This document shows positions 38,363-52,554 of a stretch of DNA of 64,000 bases, in pieces. This DNA comes from Isurus oxyrinchus. Its lineage: Eukaryota. Position 1 is the stretch's first letter. Every line of letters starts with the position of its first letter. The stretch is from the NCBI GenBank assembly GCA_026770705.1, contig JANJGN010000042.1, forward strand, positions 3,906,001 through 3,970,000, given 5' to 3'. The notes under the pieces are model-generated. The model searched no databases. It saw only the letters and a program-made list of their open reading frames with translations, and was not told the DNA's origin. The translations under genes and the position numbers were made by a program.

Positions 38363-39692
38363 TCCAACCCGGCCAATTACTACCCCATCAGCCTACTCTC
38401 TATCATCAGTAAGGTAATGGAAGGAGTCATCAACAGTGCTATCAAGAAGCACTGACTTAGCAATAACCTGCTCACTGATGCCCAGCTTGGGTTCCACAAG
38501 GACCACTCAGCTCCTGATCTCAATACAGCCTTGGCTCAAACATAAACAAAAGAGCTGAACTCCCGGGATGAGGTGAGATCAGCATTTGACCGAGTGTGGC
38601 ATTCAGGTGCCTGATCACAACTGGAGTCAATGGGAATCGGGGGAAACTCTTGGCTTGTTGGAGTCACATCGAACACAAAGGAAGATGGTTGTGGTTGCTG
38701 GAGGTCAGTCATCTTATCTCCAGGACATCACTGCAGGAGTTCCTTAGGGTAGTGTCCTCGGCCCAACCATCTTCAGCAATGAGCTTCCATCCATCATAAG
38801 GTCAGAAGTGGCGGAGTTAGCTGACGATTGCACAATGTTCAGCACCATACCCGACTCCTCAGATACTGAAGCAATCCATGTCCAAATGCAGTAAGACCTG
38901 GACAATATCCAGGCTTGAGCTGACAAGTGACAAGTAACATTCGCACCACACAAGTGTCAGGCAAGGACCATCTGCAACACGAGAGAATCCAACCATTGCC
39001 TCTTGATGTTCAATGGCATTACTATCACTGAATCCCTCACTATCAACATTCTGGGGGTTCCCATTGACCAGGAACTGAACTGGACGAGCCATATAAACAC
39101 TGTGGCTACAAGACCAGGTCAGAGGTTAGGAATCGTGCAACATGTAACTCACCTCCTGACTCCCCAAAGCCTGTCTACCATCTACAAGGCACAAGTTAGG
39201 AGTGTAATAGAATACTCCACACTTGCCTGGATGAGTGCAGCCCCCGCAACACTGAAGAAGCTGGACACCGTCCAGGGCAAAGCAGTCCACTTGACTGGCA
39301 CCACATCCACATTCACTCCCTTCACCACCGATGCATAGTAGCAGCAGTGTGTACCATCTACAAGATGTATTGGAGGTATTCACCAAGGCTGCTTAGACAG
39401 TAGCGTCCAAACCCACGACCATTCCCAGCTAGAAGGACAAGGGCAGCAGATAGATAGGAACACCATCACCTTCAATTAACTCACTATCCTGACTTGGAAA
39501 TATATCACCGTTCCTTCACTGTCACTGGGTCAAAATCCTGGAACTCCCTTCCTAACAGCACTATGGGCATACCTACACATCATGGACTGCAGTGGTTCAA
39601 GAAGGTAAACCACCTTCCCAAGGGCAATTAGGGAGGGCAATAAATGCTGGCCCAGACAGCAAAGTCCACATCATGTGAATGAATAAAAAAAA
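38363..39692 (+). mobile_element. 5'-truncated LINE (CR1/L2 group) with decayed RT and A-rich tail
   Basis: PANY-PISLLSIISKVME, AFDRVWH, GVP*GSVLGP, LADD motifs. Ends in gaataaaaaaaaaa. Confidence 0.88.
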
Positions 39693-41316
39693 AATCCAGG
39701 TTTACCTGCAAATTATATTGCCTTGAACTTCTAACCAACGTAAAGCACTGCAAATGTCAGTGCCTGGAGCAAGGCTGACGTAATTGCTCATGTGAGGGAC
39801 CACCTGAAGCTTTCAATATTGGTTTTCTTCACACCGATTTCCAAATGGGAATTGTTCAATGGCTTGAAAGCGAAAAAAAATGTTAAGGAGAAAGAGAAGG
39901 AAATTGTCATTAATTATGATGCTCTTTGTACAAAACTGACATAGACACGGTGGGTGGAAGGTCCTCTTACTGCGCTGTGCCATTTGATGATGACGTTGTT
40001 GATCAGTCTGTCTCCAGCATTCCTAATGAGAACAGCCGAATTCCATTTCTTCAAAACAAAGACCCAAAGTGCTGCTGCATGACGTCACCGTTTAACATTC
40101 CAGACTGCTCCATTGGGATCTTTACAGCGCAGGGTTTATGGAGGCGAGTGGGGTCATATTCACTTCACATATGATGGAGCTGCAGTTTGATACTTGGCAA
40201 GAGCATTTTCCAAGCTTGTTTATTTGAGTGAGTGAAAGTTCGATAATTTACGTTTGTTGTAAATATGAACACGACGGTTGGAATCCTGCTGACAGAAGTT
40301 TTCACCATTTTTGATTTAAACCAAATTAATAATCAGTTAATTAGAAGGAAACCTATCCAAATACGTCCGTATTTTCTGATTTCCATTCATTTGTCAGCAT
40401 TCAGGGAATTTGCTTTCGGAAATGGAACAAACACTGAGCCAAGTTGGCGAAATCCTTGCTTTCTGGTCCTGTGTCTCTCCTTAGGCCTCTGTCACTCTCG
40501 GTGTATATATCTCTCTGTCTGTTCCTCTGTGACTGTCAATGTGGTTCAGTTCCCTGAGGGGGTGAAAACATTTTTAATGTTGCAAACTTGATTCACATTA
40601 GTTGTGCGAATTCATCTTAAAATGTCACAGAGAAATGTATCAGCGTCAAAGATAAAACAGGAGACTGGCCCTTTCTATATGTATCCTACAACAACAACAA
40701 CTTATATTTATAAAGCACGTTTAACGTAAGAAACGTCACAAGGCGTTCCCCAGGAGCATTATATAACAAAGTGTGACACCGAGCCTCATATTCGGTCAGA
40801 TGACTAAAAGCTCGGGCAAAGGGGGAGGCTTTAAGAACTGTCTTAAAGGAGGAAAGTATCAATTTCATGTTCCAGCTCACAGCAATGGTTCTTCTCATTG
40901 GTGAAGAAGTCACTTGTGTTCAACCTAAACAGACCAATTGGTCGGAGAAAGTTGTCTCTGGTGAAAGAGATCGGGAATGAAAAAAAATGTCAAAAGCTGC
41001 CTCCATAATACAAAAGTCTAGCCTTATTGGTCTTTTCTCTGATGTACAGTGACTCAGGATTGGGGCTTCCATTGGACCAACAGCGAATTGGGTGGAGGGG
41101 TTTGGAAATTGAAAGTTGCGCATGTGCAGCTTGTGGGGCTATTTCACCTCACTGTCAATTTCATGCTCCAGCTCACAGATACACTTGTTTTCATTGACTG
41201 ACGAAGTCATTTGCCTTGAACCGAAACAGGCAGTTTTGAGGTGAAAGAAACCTGAGCTGAAAAACAATAGGCAAAAGCAGCGTAGATAAGCCAAATCGAA
41301 ATACTTTGGCCCAACT

Positions 41317-41381
41317 TCCCTGGTGGTCTAGTGGTCAGGACTCTCACCGCCGCAGCTCGGGTTCGATTCCCGGTGAGGGAA
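41317..41381 (+). pseudogene. tRNA-Glu(CTC) with 7-nt deletion of the 5' anticodon-stem strand
   Basis: TCCCTGGTGGTCTAGTGGTCAGGA[TTCGGCG missing]CTCTCACCGCCGCAGCTCGGGTTCGATTCCCGGTGAGGGAA. A and B boxes intact. Confidence 0.85.
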
Positions 41382-42565
41382 TGTCGAGTTAATGAGTTCT
41401 TTGGAACGAGTGCTGATCACTCATTGATTGGAAACGTTTAAAAGCTCCACCAGAAGCAGAGGAGTGAGGATTTAAGTTTCACCTCAAGAGCTGGAAAACA
41501 TCACACTTGGTTCAATGGAGTGAGGGAATGAAGGAAGAGGAGAGGAGAGAAGGGCTGGTTGCAAAGCACTGACTATAGAAAGGTTGGTGTGAGGCAAAAT
41601 ATGGGTGGGAGAAGAAAGAATTTTGCTGCCTACTGTTTGCACTGACACAAATATCACTCCTGATGGATCAACCAATCACTACTGTTCTTTGAAAGCAGCA
41701 TGCCCGGCTTAAAGGCCTCTTTTTCTGCTGCGAATTTCTACAATTTTATGTTTCGCAACAGCACGGGTCATTCTGCCATTTTATAACCCACTCGAGAGAG
41801 ATGTACTTTCTTACCTTGTATTTGGCTCTTTCGAAACTGAAACACGGAGCAAATTCAGTGAGTTTTCTTGTCATTTCCAGCACGAGATTTGTCACGAGAC
41901 TAAATGAGCGACACATTAATGGTACCAATCCTTCACTGGAGCTCACCGTGTCCAAAGAGTACTGTTATCATCAGCCTGTTATGTAACTTCTTGCAGTTCA
42001 TCTGCTGCACAAATTTTAGTTTATCACAGCTCTGCTTTTTTTCACTTTGAAACCCAGTGTGAAAATCAATTTCAAAGCTGAACAACTGGGAGGAGAGTGA
42101 CTGTGGATAATCGGCACTGTGCACCTTCCTGTAATCAGTATCTGGGAGAATCGGGAAGATGAGATCCAGGTGTCTCCTTACTCACGAGTTTTACCCATTC
42201 CCACGAACTGACTGTGTCTGCATCAAGCAGCTAATTGACCTGGGGGCTGGACGGTCAGAGGAAGCTGGAGGCGAGGCAGGGACAGAAGCAGAAAGAGATG
42301 CGACATGAAATTACTTTCAATTTGAGGTGTCAGTTGCTTTCAGTGGTGAACTTCTGCCTTGTAAGTTTCACAGGAGCTGCAGTGATTAGTTGGTGTTTTT
42401 TTAAGCAGCAAGATTTAAAAGTAAAAAGATAAAAACAAATAACTGCGAATGATGGAAATCTGAAACAAACACAGAAAATTCTGGAAAAACTCATCAGCTG
42501 GAGGGAGAAACAAGGTCAATGCTTCCAGTCCATACGGCTCTTATTCAGATTTTTAATCAATGACA

Positions 42566-42621
42566 GCGCCCATGACCCTGACATTAAGAGTCTCATGATC
42601 AACAGTGTGAGCTAGCCAGGC
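42566..42621 (-). pseudogene. tRNA-Lys(CTT) remnant lacking the T arm
   Basis: GCCTGGCTAGCTCAC…CATGAGACTCTTAATGTCAGGGTCATGGGCG. Confidence 0.7.
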
Positions 42622-43600
42622 ATGTGAAAAAGCTGTTTCGTCTCCTAACATACATCGATAAACCTGTTGCTTTCCACCTGAAACCTCAGCTTCAGCGGAA
42701 TTTTAAAGTGTGGAACGTAATTGGCTGACAAAAGCCCCAAAGCTGCAATTCATTCCTCTCAATCATCAATAACATCATTCACATCTTCCACTTCTTAGCT
42801 GCACCTCCTTCCAAATACTGTGATCCATTTTCCTCAGGATTTTCTCCTGGATTTAATGTTTAGCTGCTTTGTGACCTCATTTTGAAATTAGATTCACTTC
42901 AATATCCAACACAATTTGAATTACAAACTTGACGGTCAAACAATGGAAAACAAGTCACTCAGTAACAAAAATCCCATCGTGCTCATTTTCAGATTCACAA
43001 CAGTCAGCTTTTCAATAAAATGAAGGAATTTTACAGTGAAAACATTTAGAAAGTTGGTGTGACTTTTATTTGTGACTCACTCACTTGGGTATTCTGTAAA
43101 TGCTGCTCGGAGGTTTAGTGACCGAGATATAATCTACCTGTGTTTTCCTGAGCCTGTGCTCAGTGTATTGGGAGGTTTGGCCCGGGTCGGAGTATCTTGT
43201 GTCCCAGGGATGGGCAGTGACCCGCTGACTGAAGCTGCAGTCGCTGCTTTCTGCGGGCAGCGGGTGATTGGAGAGTGTGGGGCCGGAATATTGCTGCTTT
43301 GCTGCTTTTCCCTGTCTCACTCACTGTGGAAATGAGGAAGAGAGAATAATTGAAGGGTTCGTTTGATTCTAATAATTTCTTGGATTTCCAATAGGTTAGA
43401 TGAAGGTACATAATAAGTCCAAATCTTTTCTCATTGTATTTGACAGAAAACGTAATTTTAAAAAGAAGCTGTTTCTGTGGGAGCTCACTGGACAACAAAA
43501 GACCTGCCACTGTTTTTGGGGAAGATATCTTGCAGCCCAAGTACCCAATGACAATCCGGAATCGTGTGACAATGATTGGTGATGAGTGGGAAAAATCTTA

Positions 43601-43675
43601 ACCCCCCTGGGTGGCCTTGAATAACCAACTTTTCAGTTAACAGGCAAATCTGCTGACCAATAGCGCCACAGACTC
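43601..43675 (-). pseudogene. Degenerate tRNA-Asn(GTT)
   Basis: TCTGTGGCGCTATTGGTCAGC…CTGTTAACTGAAAAGTTGG…CCACCCAGGG. Third copy of the Asn cassette. Confidence 0.75.
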
Positions 43676-44369
43676 TTACACAAACCTAACTGACAAGGTA
43701 TCCCAACCAGGGTGTCAGTGAGTCCAATCTACAGGGTACCACTACACAGATGGTTATCATGCTCTATCAATTTTACTCTTCCAAAATAAAGGGTGAAATA
43801 TTCATTGTGGATATGTTGAAACAGTCTGATCCCACCCACTGCAGACACATCCATGTCATCAGGATCCAGCTCTCCTACAACTGGAGTGCCTCCCTTCGAG
43901 CATTTCGCTGTCTTGTCTGTTACCAAGTATTCTCATTGTCCTAAAGCCGATATTAGGTTAGAATTCCTGATGTGCAGTAATGAGAATCCTTTCACCATCT
44001 CAGGTCAGTTAATTTCACTGATAACATCAGAGTCACTGTATCAGCATCTTAAAGAAGGGAAAGGTGACTTGACTCTCTCTGGTCAGTCAGACAGTTCACC
44101 CTTCATTCGCATTGGATTCCATTCCTCAAAGGGGATTTTCATTTCTTTTTTGAGTTCCCTTACCACATCTGGCAACATCTTTGGATTGAGAGGCTTAATT
44201 TTCATTTCAGATGCAACACAGTTCTGATGAAAGGTTGCAGACCTGAAATGAAAACCATGTCTCTCTCTCCACAACCACTCCCAGATCTGCTGAGAATTCC
44301 AGTATTTTCTCTTTTTGTTTCAGATAACCAGCATCTGCAGTATTTAGCTTTACTTTAACTGATCAGTGA

Positions 44370-44740
44370 AACATACAAGATCCTCAGTCTACTTGACAGG
44401 GTGGATTTGGAGAGGATGTTACCTCTTGTGAGAGAATCTAGAGCTCGGGATCGCTGTTTAAAAACAAGGGATCACCCACTTAAAATGGAGATGAAGCTTT
44501 TTTTTCAGAGTGCCGTGAAACTTTGGAATTTTGTTCCTGAAAAAGGTTGTGGAAGCAAAGTCTTTGAATATTTTTAAGGCCATGGTGGACATATTCTTGG
44601 TAATCAAGGGGGTGATAGGTTATCAGAGATAGGTGGGGTACAGATTTCAGGTTACTATGAGGTCAGCCATGATCTTATTAAATGGCAGAGCAGGCCTGAG
44701 GGGCCGAATGGCCTACTCCTGCTCCTTTTTCTTATGTATT
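44370..44740 (+). mobile_element. CR1-type LINE 3' fragment
   Basis: Same 3' end as 23595-24670 (cagccatgatcttatt…gggccgaatggcctactcctgctcct). Confidence 0.8.
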
Positions 44741-45319
44741 TCTAAGAATGTGGAACCCATTACCAGTAGGTTTCGAGATCCATGTCTGAGCTGAAAATGT
44801 ATAGGTAAACTCACACTGTCAACTGATTGTTCACCAGCTAAAATTGGAAAGGGATTCACTCTCATCCCCTTACTGACACAGCAACCCAGTCTTGCTGGTG
44901 GGAGGCCATTCAGGTACTTCACGTGTGCAAAGGGCTTTATTCAGGTTGCCCACACGTTAACACTCCAACTTTAAAATTTCAAAAGATTGGATCCACAATC
45001 AGAGCAGAGATACTGGCAAGACACGGTATAAATGTTCCATGTAAAGGGGAAAAAGTTACCAGCTCAATCCATCTGCTGAGACTCCACTGAGTTAAGATCT
45101 AAGTGTCAGGGTTTGTTCTGCATCCAGGAGAGAATTGTGGTGGAGCCGGGAGCAATTTGGCTACTGCATCAATTGATTCAACAATTTTATGTCTTGCCCC
45201 TATGGCCCCCATCGTATTCTGATTACAGAGCATAGGTTTCTGTTCTACAATATGATATTTCAATGGTGGAGTGCTCACCCAGCATTCGCTGCATGGCAGA
45301 ATGTGTCCTATCCTCACGA

Positions 45320-45690
45320 CAGCAGCGCCTCACGCATGCGCCTTTCTGAGTGTAGTGGGGCATGCGCATTGCGGTCTGCTTCATGAGCATGCGCAGCGCT
45401 GGTCTGTGACTCAAGCTGCTCAGAGAGCGAGAGAATGTCGAGTGGAGCAAGCTAACAGAGTTAATGGGTGTGTGAGGAGGAATGGAGCCAGCGGAGTGGG
45501 CAGGGAGGTTTCATTAACACACAGTGCAGGCCGCAGACCCCAAATAACAAGGTACCGGTCTTTTGTTTGCAGAGAAATGGCCAAAAAATCTGCCTTTCTC
45601 CCTTCGCCAAGCCCTGGGTAACGGCCGCCATCTTTATAGGGGGCAATGTGCAGCAGGGCGCATGCGCGGTCATCCTGGTCCAGCTGGCAG
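45320..45690 (+). promoter_or_regulatory. CpG-containing promoter/5' exon region of ZNF gene 1
   Basis: NRF1-like GCGCATGCGC at 45658-45667 plus three variants at 45333-45397. YY1 motif GGCCGCCATCTT at 45623-45634. Followed by ZNF-family 5' exon-like blocks at 45755-45990. Confidence 0.65.
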
Positions 45691-46354
45691 GAGGAGAGAA
45701 TGTTGTGAATTTCTATCCTGGACTGACAGGGATGGATTTTGGAAACTCCTTATACAGGGGGTTAGAAGGGGAGGATTTACACACAGCAAACTCAAAACAA
45801 AAGTTCTTCCTTTCTGAATTTCAATCCTGGATTGACTGATGGATTTTTTGAATTCCATTTACAGGATGTTAGAAGAGGAGGGGAAACTCAAGGGATACTT
45901 GAGGGAGATGAAAAACTAAAACCAAACATCATGTCAAAATTTGAAAGTCACTGGATTCACCAGGACCTGAATAACACCAGCCTTCAAATGTAAGCATTGA
46001 GTTCCAGGTCTTTTTCAGTTACTGGGTTAAAAAATCTCTGCCTCACATTGTGGATCTTACCTAAAATCTTAAATCTCTGTCCCTTAATCCTTTCGTAATC
46101 AGCTAATGGGAACAGCTTTTATTTAACTACCTTTCATAATCCTGTACACCTCTATCAAATCTCCCCTCAAGCTCCTTTACTCCAAGGAGAACAACCTCGG
46201 TTTCTCAAACCTAATCTTATAATTAAAACACCTCATCGAACCATTCTGGTCAATCTCCTCTGCCCCCTCTCAAGGACCCTCACATCCTTCACAATATGAG
46301 GTGATCACTGGTTTGCACAGACCCAGATGTTCTGTGTTTGTGTCTGTGACTTCT

Positions 46355-46446
46355 TCACACATCGACAATTACACTGTGACATCATCACACATCAACAATT
46401 ACACTGTGACATCATCACACATTGACAATTACACAGTGACATCATC
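46355..46446. repeat. 30-bp minisatellite (~3 units)
   Basis: gtgacatcatcacacatcaacaattacact repeated. Confidence 0.85.
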
Positions 46447-47189
46447 CTCAACTGAGAGATTTTTCTCTGACTCCAGCGTTTCTGATATCTTTCCAGCTGC
46501 AGGATCCAGCAGGAGAATTTAAATTTGAAAATGGTGAAGTTGTTTCAGAGGTGAGTATTTTTCACCATCCATCTACAATTTAGAGGTTTTAGTGCTGTGC
46601 TCTGTATTCTGGAGAGGTTCCATAACTCTGGGGCTGGTGTGGCTCCTTTACTGAGGATCTGAATCCATGTCCATCCATTGATCTGTTTCACCTCTGCCCT
46701 TCCTGATCACCTCACTGCCATTGTGTAACATCCTCTGTCTCTAATAATGGATGTATTTGAGTTAAGTTTTGTATGTTTTGTTACTTCTGCCAACTGTGTC
46801 TAAATGATGTTTCCACTGCTGCCCATCTCCTGACCATGAGCTGCTGCCTTACCAGCTTTATCTTCCCACAGTATCTTTCACAGTCAGGAATTGTTTGTCC
46901 TGCACTATAGTCCATTTCTCTTCCACTTCTGAAGTTATATTGATCATCAAATTCTGCAGCATTTTACTCCCTGTAATTCATTCTGCACACCCTGAAATAT
47001 TAACTCTGCTTCCCTCTCCACAGATACCAGTGCCTATTGTGACTCTTCGTTACCTGTGGAGAAGATGATGTTTGACCTTCTTGAACCACTGCAGTCCATG
47101 TGGTGAAGGTGCTCCCACAACGCTGTTAAGTAAGGAGTTACAGGTTATTCACCAGGCAATGATGAAGGAACAGTGATATTTGTCCAAAT

Positions 47190-47830
47190 CAACAACAGCA
47201 ATTTGTATTTATATCACACTTTTAATGTAAGACCATGTTCCAAGGCATTTCATGGAAACATTACAAAGCAAGGTTTGACACATGAGGAAATATTAGGGCA
47301 GGTGACCAATCGTTTGGTCAAAGAAGTGGGTTTTATGGAGTATCTTAAAGGAGGAAAATGAGGTAGAGAATGGGAGAGGTTTAGGGAGTGAATTCCAGAG
47401 CTTGGAGCTTTGGAAAGTGACAGAATGGGCACTAATGTGGAACAATAGAAATCAGGAACACTCAGTAGGCCAAATTAGAGGAGAGCAGATATCTCCGAGG
47501 GCTGTTGATGCTGGAGGAGATTCCAGCAACAGGGAGCAGCCATACAGGAATTTGAAAATCAGGGGTGGAGTCAAACGATGTTACTGAGATGGAAATAGGT
47601 GGTCTTGGAGATGATGTGGATATGTGGTTGGAAGCTCATCTTGGGGTGAAATATTTCACCATGACTGTGAACAGTCTGGTTCAGTCTCAGTTGTTGTCAG
47701 GGAGAGGGATGGAGTCGGTGGCTATGGAGTGGAGTTTGTAGCGGAGATTGAAGACAATGGCTTCAATCTTCCCAATATTGAAATAGAGGAAATTTCTGTT
47801 CATCCAGTACTGGATGTCAGACAAGTCAGG
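47190..47830 (-). mobile_element. L2-like LINE 3' fragment
   Basis: caacagcaatttgtatttatat…ttggtcaaagaagtgggtttt…ggagaggtttagggagtgaattccagag. Related pieces at 51590-51820 and 55950-56550. Confidence 0.6.
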
Positions 47831-48558
47831 ACGGTGTGTGACTTGGAGGTGATGGTGTTCACATACACCTGCTACCCTGGTCCTTCTTGGGGGTAGAGTT
47901 TGAAGGTTTGGGAGATTCTGTCAAAGTTCTGGTTTATTTGTAGGTCTATGAAAAGCCCTCTCCTCACCCCCTGCCTCTCCCACTCCTCTCTCTGACTTTC
48001 TCTCTCTCTCCTTTTCTCCTTCTGTCACATAGAATTCTCCAGCCCAGCAGGTTGTGGATGCTCCATCACTGAATATATTTCAGGCTGAGATGGGGAGATT
48101 TTTGGTCTCTCAGAGAGTCGAGGGATATGGGGAGTGGGTGGGAAAGTGGAGTTGAAGTCCAAGAGAAGCCACAATCATATTGAATGATGGAGCAGGCTCG
48201 AAGGGCCATGTGGTCTCCTGCTGCCCCTGACACTTGCTTTATTATTGACACCAGAGTCTTGTGTAGGCCCAGACTGGGTGGCAGGTTCCCTTCCCTGAAG
48301 GACATTAGTGACCCAGTTGGGTTTTTATGACAATCCAGCAGTTTTCATGGTCACTTTTTCCTCGTGCCGGCCCCACAAATTCCCAGATTCATTCAGCTCC
48401 ATTTCACAACCTGCCTTTGTGTTTTTGTGGGTTCTCTCTCACTCCCTTTTTCTGTTTTAAATCAATTTCACAGGGTGTTAGAAAGCGAGGATTTGCAGTC
48501 GGGAAACTCAAACCAAACATCACGTCAGGATCTGATGGAGTTGCCCAATTTATCATAA

Positions 48559-49368
<810 letters not shown>

Positions 49369-49519
49369 CAACAGTGATTGGATTTTGCTGTTAATTGCAT
49401 CCTGGACTGAACCATGTTGATTGGGATCTGTTTCTACTAATGTTAATAAACTCCAACCCAGTTATAGCTGTTAATATTCTGAATAAAGTCAAATAAATCA
49501 GCTCTGTGTTAAACATACA

Positions 49520-50660
49520 AATTAGTTCCTTTTGAAGGTCTCTCCCTCTCCCCTCTCTCCTCCACCCTCACCTCCAACAACAAGTGTGAGGAGCTCATGG
49601 ATCTTCTTTGTCACTAAGATTGAGACAATCCGATCAGCTGCCTCTGCTGCTTCCCTCCCTTCCACTAGCCCACCTGGACAAACTATCTCTAAAGATCCCT
49701 CTTGTCCGAGCCCTGAACCCACATCTTTCTTTAGTTTCGCTCCCATCTCCTCTCATGCCCTCTCAGTGCTCATCTTGTCCATGAGACCCACCTCCTGCTC
49801 CATTGACCCTATTCCCACTAAACTGCTGGTCACCCAACTTGCCCATTTTCACTGAGATTGTTACTGGTTCTCTCTCTTCAGTTACTGTCCCTCTCTCCTT
49901 CAAATCTGACATCATCAAGCCCTCGTCAATAAACAAACCTTTGGCCTTGTCCTTGCAAACTGCTGTCCCATCTCCGACCTTCCTTTCCTCTCCAAACTCC
50001 TCAAACATATTCACACCTCCCAAATCCATGCCCATGTTTCCCAGTACTCCATGTTTGAATCCCTCCAATCAGGTTTCTGCCCTTGCCACTGGACTGAAAC
50101 AGCTCTGATCAAAGCGCCAATGATATCCTATGTGACAGTGACAAAGGGAAACTATCCCTTCTCAACCTGTCTGCAGCCTTTGACAGGGTTGACCACACCA
50201 TTCTGCTCCAATACCTCTCCACTGTCATCCAGCTGGGTGGGGCTGCTCTCAACTGGTTCCATTCTTCTCTATCGAATCATAGCTAGAGAATTACTTGTAA
50301 TGTCTTCCCTTCCCACTCCCACAGTTACCTCTGATGTCCCCACAGGATCCAGCCTTGGCCTCCTCATCAACATTCTCCCCACAACGACATCATCTGAAAA
50401 CACAGTGTCAGTTATCACGTGTACACTGTCAGTGCCCAGCTCTACCTCACCACCACCTCTCTCCACCTCTCCACTTTTATTAAATTATCAGACTGTTTGT
50501 CTGTTATTCAATGGCGGATGTGCAGAAATTTCCTCCAATTCAATATTGGGAAGACCGAAGCCATTGTTTTCATTCCCTAGATACCCAGTCCATTCCTCCC
50601 ACTGGCAACTGTCTGAGACTAAACCAGACATTTTGCACAAGTGATGTCAGGTTTGACCCT
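49520..50660 (+). mobile_element. L2-like LINE RT fragment (decayed)
   Basis: FFVTKIETIRS, PTSCSIDPIPTKLL, FESLQSGFCPCHWTETALIK motifs. Confidence 0.8.
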
Positions 50661-50689
50661 GACATATGTTCTGACTCTGGTGTATGTGT

Positions 50690-51000
50690 TCTGGTGAGTT
50701 TCCAGTCAAATTATGATGTGAATCTTCCCCACAGGCAGAACAGACAAACATTTCTCCTTCCATAATCAAAGGCTGGTCATTTATGAATTCAGTGATTCTA
50801 TAACATCTTGTCGAGATTTTTGGTTTGAGTTTCCCCATCTGAAATGCTCTCCCTCTAATCCCCTGTAAACAGAGTTGACAAAAGTCATCACTGTCAATAC
50901 AGGATAGAAATTCAAAACTGACAATTCTAGTTTCTTTGGAACATTCTTTCTCCTTTCATTCCCCCAAATCTATAAATCCCTGTCCCACACACTCCTCCCC
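50690..51000 (-). pseudogene. Truncated ZNF gene remnant (start of main exon and upstream intron)
   Basis: Homologous to 55290-55570 (MEGEMFVCSACGE). No downstream fingers. Confidence 0.65.
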
Positions 51001-51280
51001 CTCTCTGCTCATTGTTCCAGATTCAGTGTCCGGCCTCCTACTAATTCTTTTCTCCTCCAGATTCTCTCTCTTCCTGTCCTTAAAGTGGTGGCTCAGGCTG
51101 TGGGTCAATCCCACTCCTTCACTCAAATTCTACCAAATAATTCAATTCAAAACAACAAATTGTCTTTAATTTCTTGATTCGTCATATAGATATTTGGAAA
51201 GAATCAGCTTTTTCCCAACTGTGGAGAACAGAAAATCCAGTGATTAACTCAGAGCTTCCTTCTCCCCAGGTCTGTTCCAA

Positions 51281-51575
51281 CAAGCTGTGTCTATCTGAGT
51301 TACATTGATACAGACTCACTCACTCAGTAAGTGATCAGGTCTCACTGAACTATGACACAAGCTGTGTCTATATGAGTTACATTAATACAGACTCACTCAC
51401 TCAGTGAGTGATCAGGTCTCACTGAACTATGACACAAGCTGTGTCTATCTGAGTTACATTGATACAAACTCACTCACTCAGTAAGTGATCAGGTCTCACT
51501 GAACTATGACACAAGCTGTGTCTATGTGAGTTACATTGATACAGACTCAATAAGTGATCAGTTCTGACTGAATTA
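51281..51575. repeat. 77-bp tandem repeat (~3.8 units)
   Basis: Units start at 51281, 51358, 51435 and 51512 (caagctgtgtctat…gaactatgaca). Confidence 0.92.
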
Positions 51576-52554
51576 CATCAACAAATGCAACAACTTACAT
51601 TTATATTGAGCTTCTCATTGTCCTGAGAAGTTTCGCAGGGGCATAAGGACATATTAGGTCAGATGACCAAATGCTTGGTCAAGGAGGTCTGTTATAAGGA
51701 GTGTCTGAAAGGGGGAGAGTGAATTAGAAAGGTGGAGAGTTTTAGGGAGGAAATTCTAGAGCTGAGGGCCCAAGCAGCTGAAGGCCCGGCCGCCAATGGT
51801 GGAGTGATTAAAATCAGGGGTGAAGGTAATGGTGCTCCATGTATGTCAGCCCCATAGCCCAGGCTCATGGCCCAATTCTGAACTTTGGGACATAGTTTGA
51901 CTGTCCTGGGTCTCAGAAAAACAATTCCCCAAATAAACATCTTGTAGAATTTTGGGTTTATTGATACCATAAAAAGTTTGGACCAGTTGAGTCCTCCTGT
52001 GTACTCGATGGGGATTGACTTTAACATAATTAAAATTCTCTGTATTTCAGTGTCAGAACAAGAACATGTTTTAGCAAAGCTAAAAAGTATATAAATACTG
52101 AAAAACTGAACAGAACAAACCTGGGGAAATACACAGTAGGTCAATCACCATTAGAAAGTAATTAGCTAATAGTCACTGTTTCAGGTGGGACTCCTTCAGA
52201 ATGAACACTTCCCACCACCAGCACCAACCCCCGTCCCCCTCCCTGTGAACTGAACATTCCTCCACCCACTCATCCACCCATTGCACATCCACCCAATGGC
52301 TCCCAGCCTGGATTGACATTCAGCATGAACCCAGTGAGAGGGTGAGCTGGCCCACGGGATGTCAGAATGGACAAGAGCTGGAAGTGGTCCCAATCAATAC
52401 ATTTTCTGTGTCCTTGTTAAAAACAGGAAACTTAATATTTTGTCAAAGCCCCATGTGCGCACCCTTGGTGAATTACAATTTCTCACCCAGTCCTTTCCTC
52501 TGGTTTCAACATGGTGCATCCTGTGTGGGTTCAGCAGAGGTAGAGACAGGCTGC

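Noticed and set aside
51281-51575. CRISPR-like array
   Set aside because: Head-to-tail 77-bp units with no unique spacers, no cas genes, and eukaryotic context.
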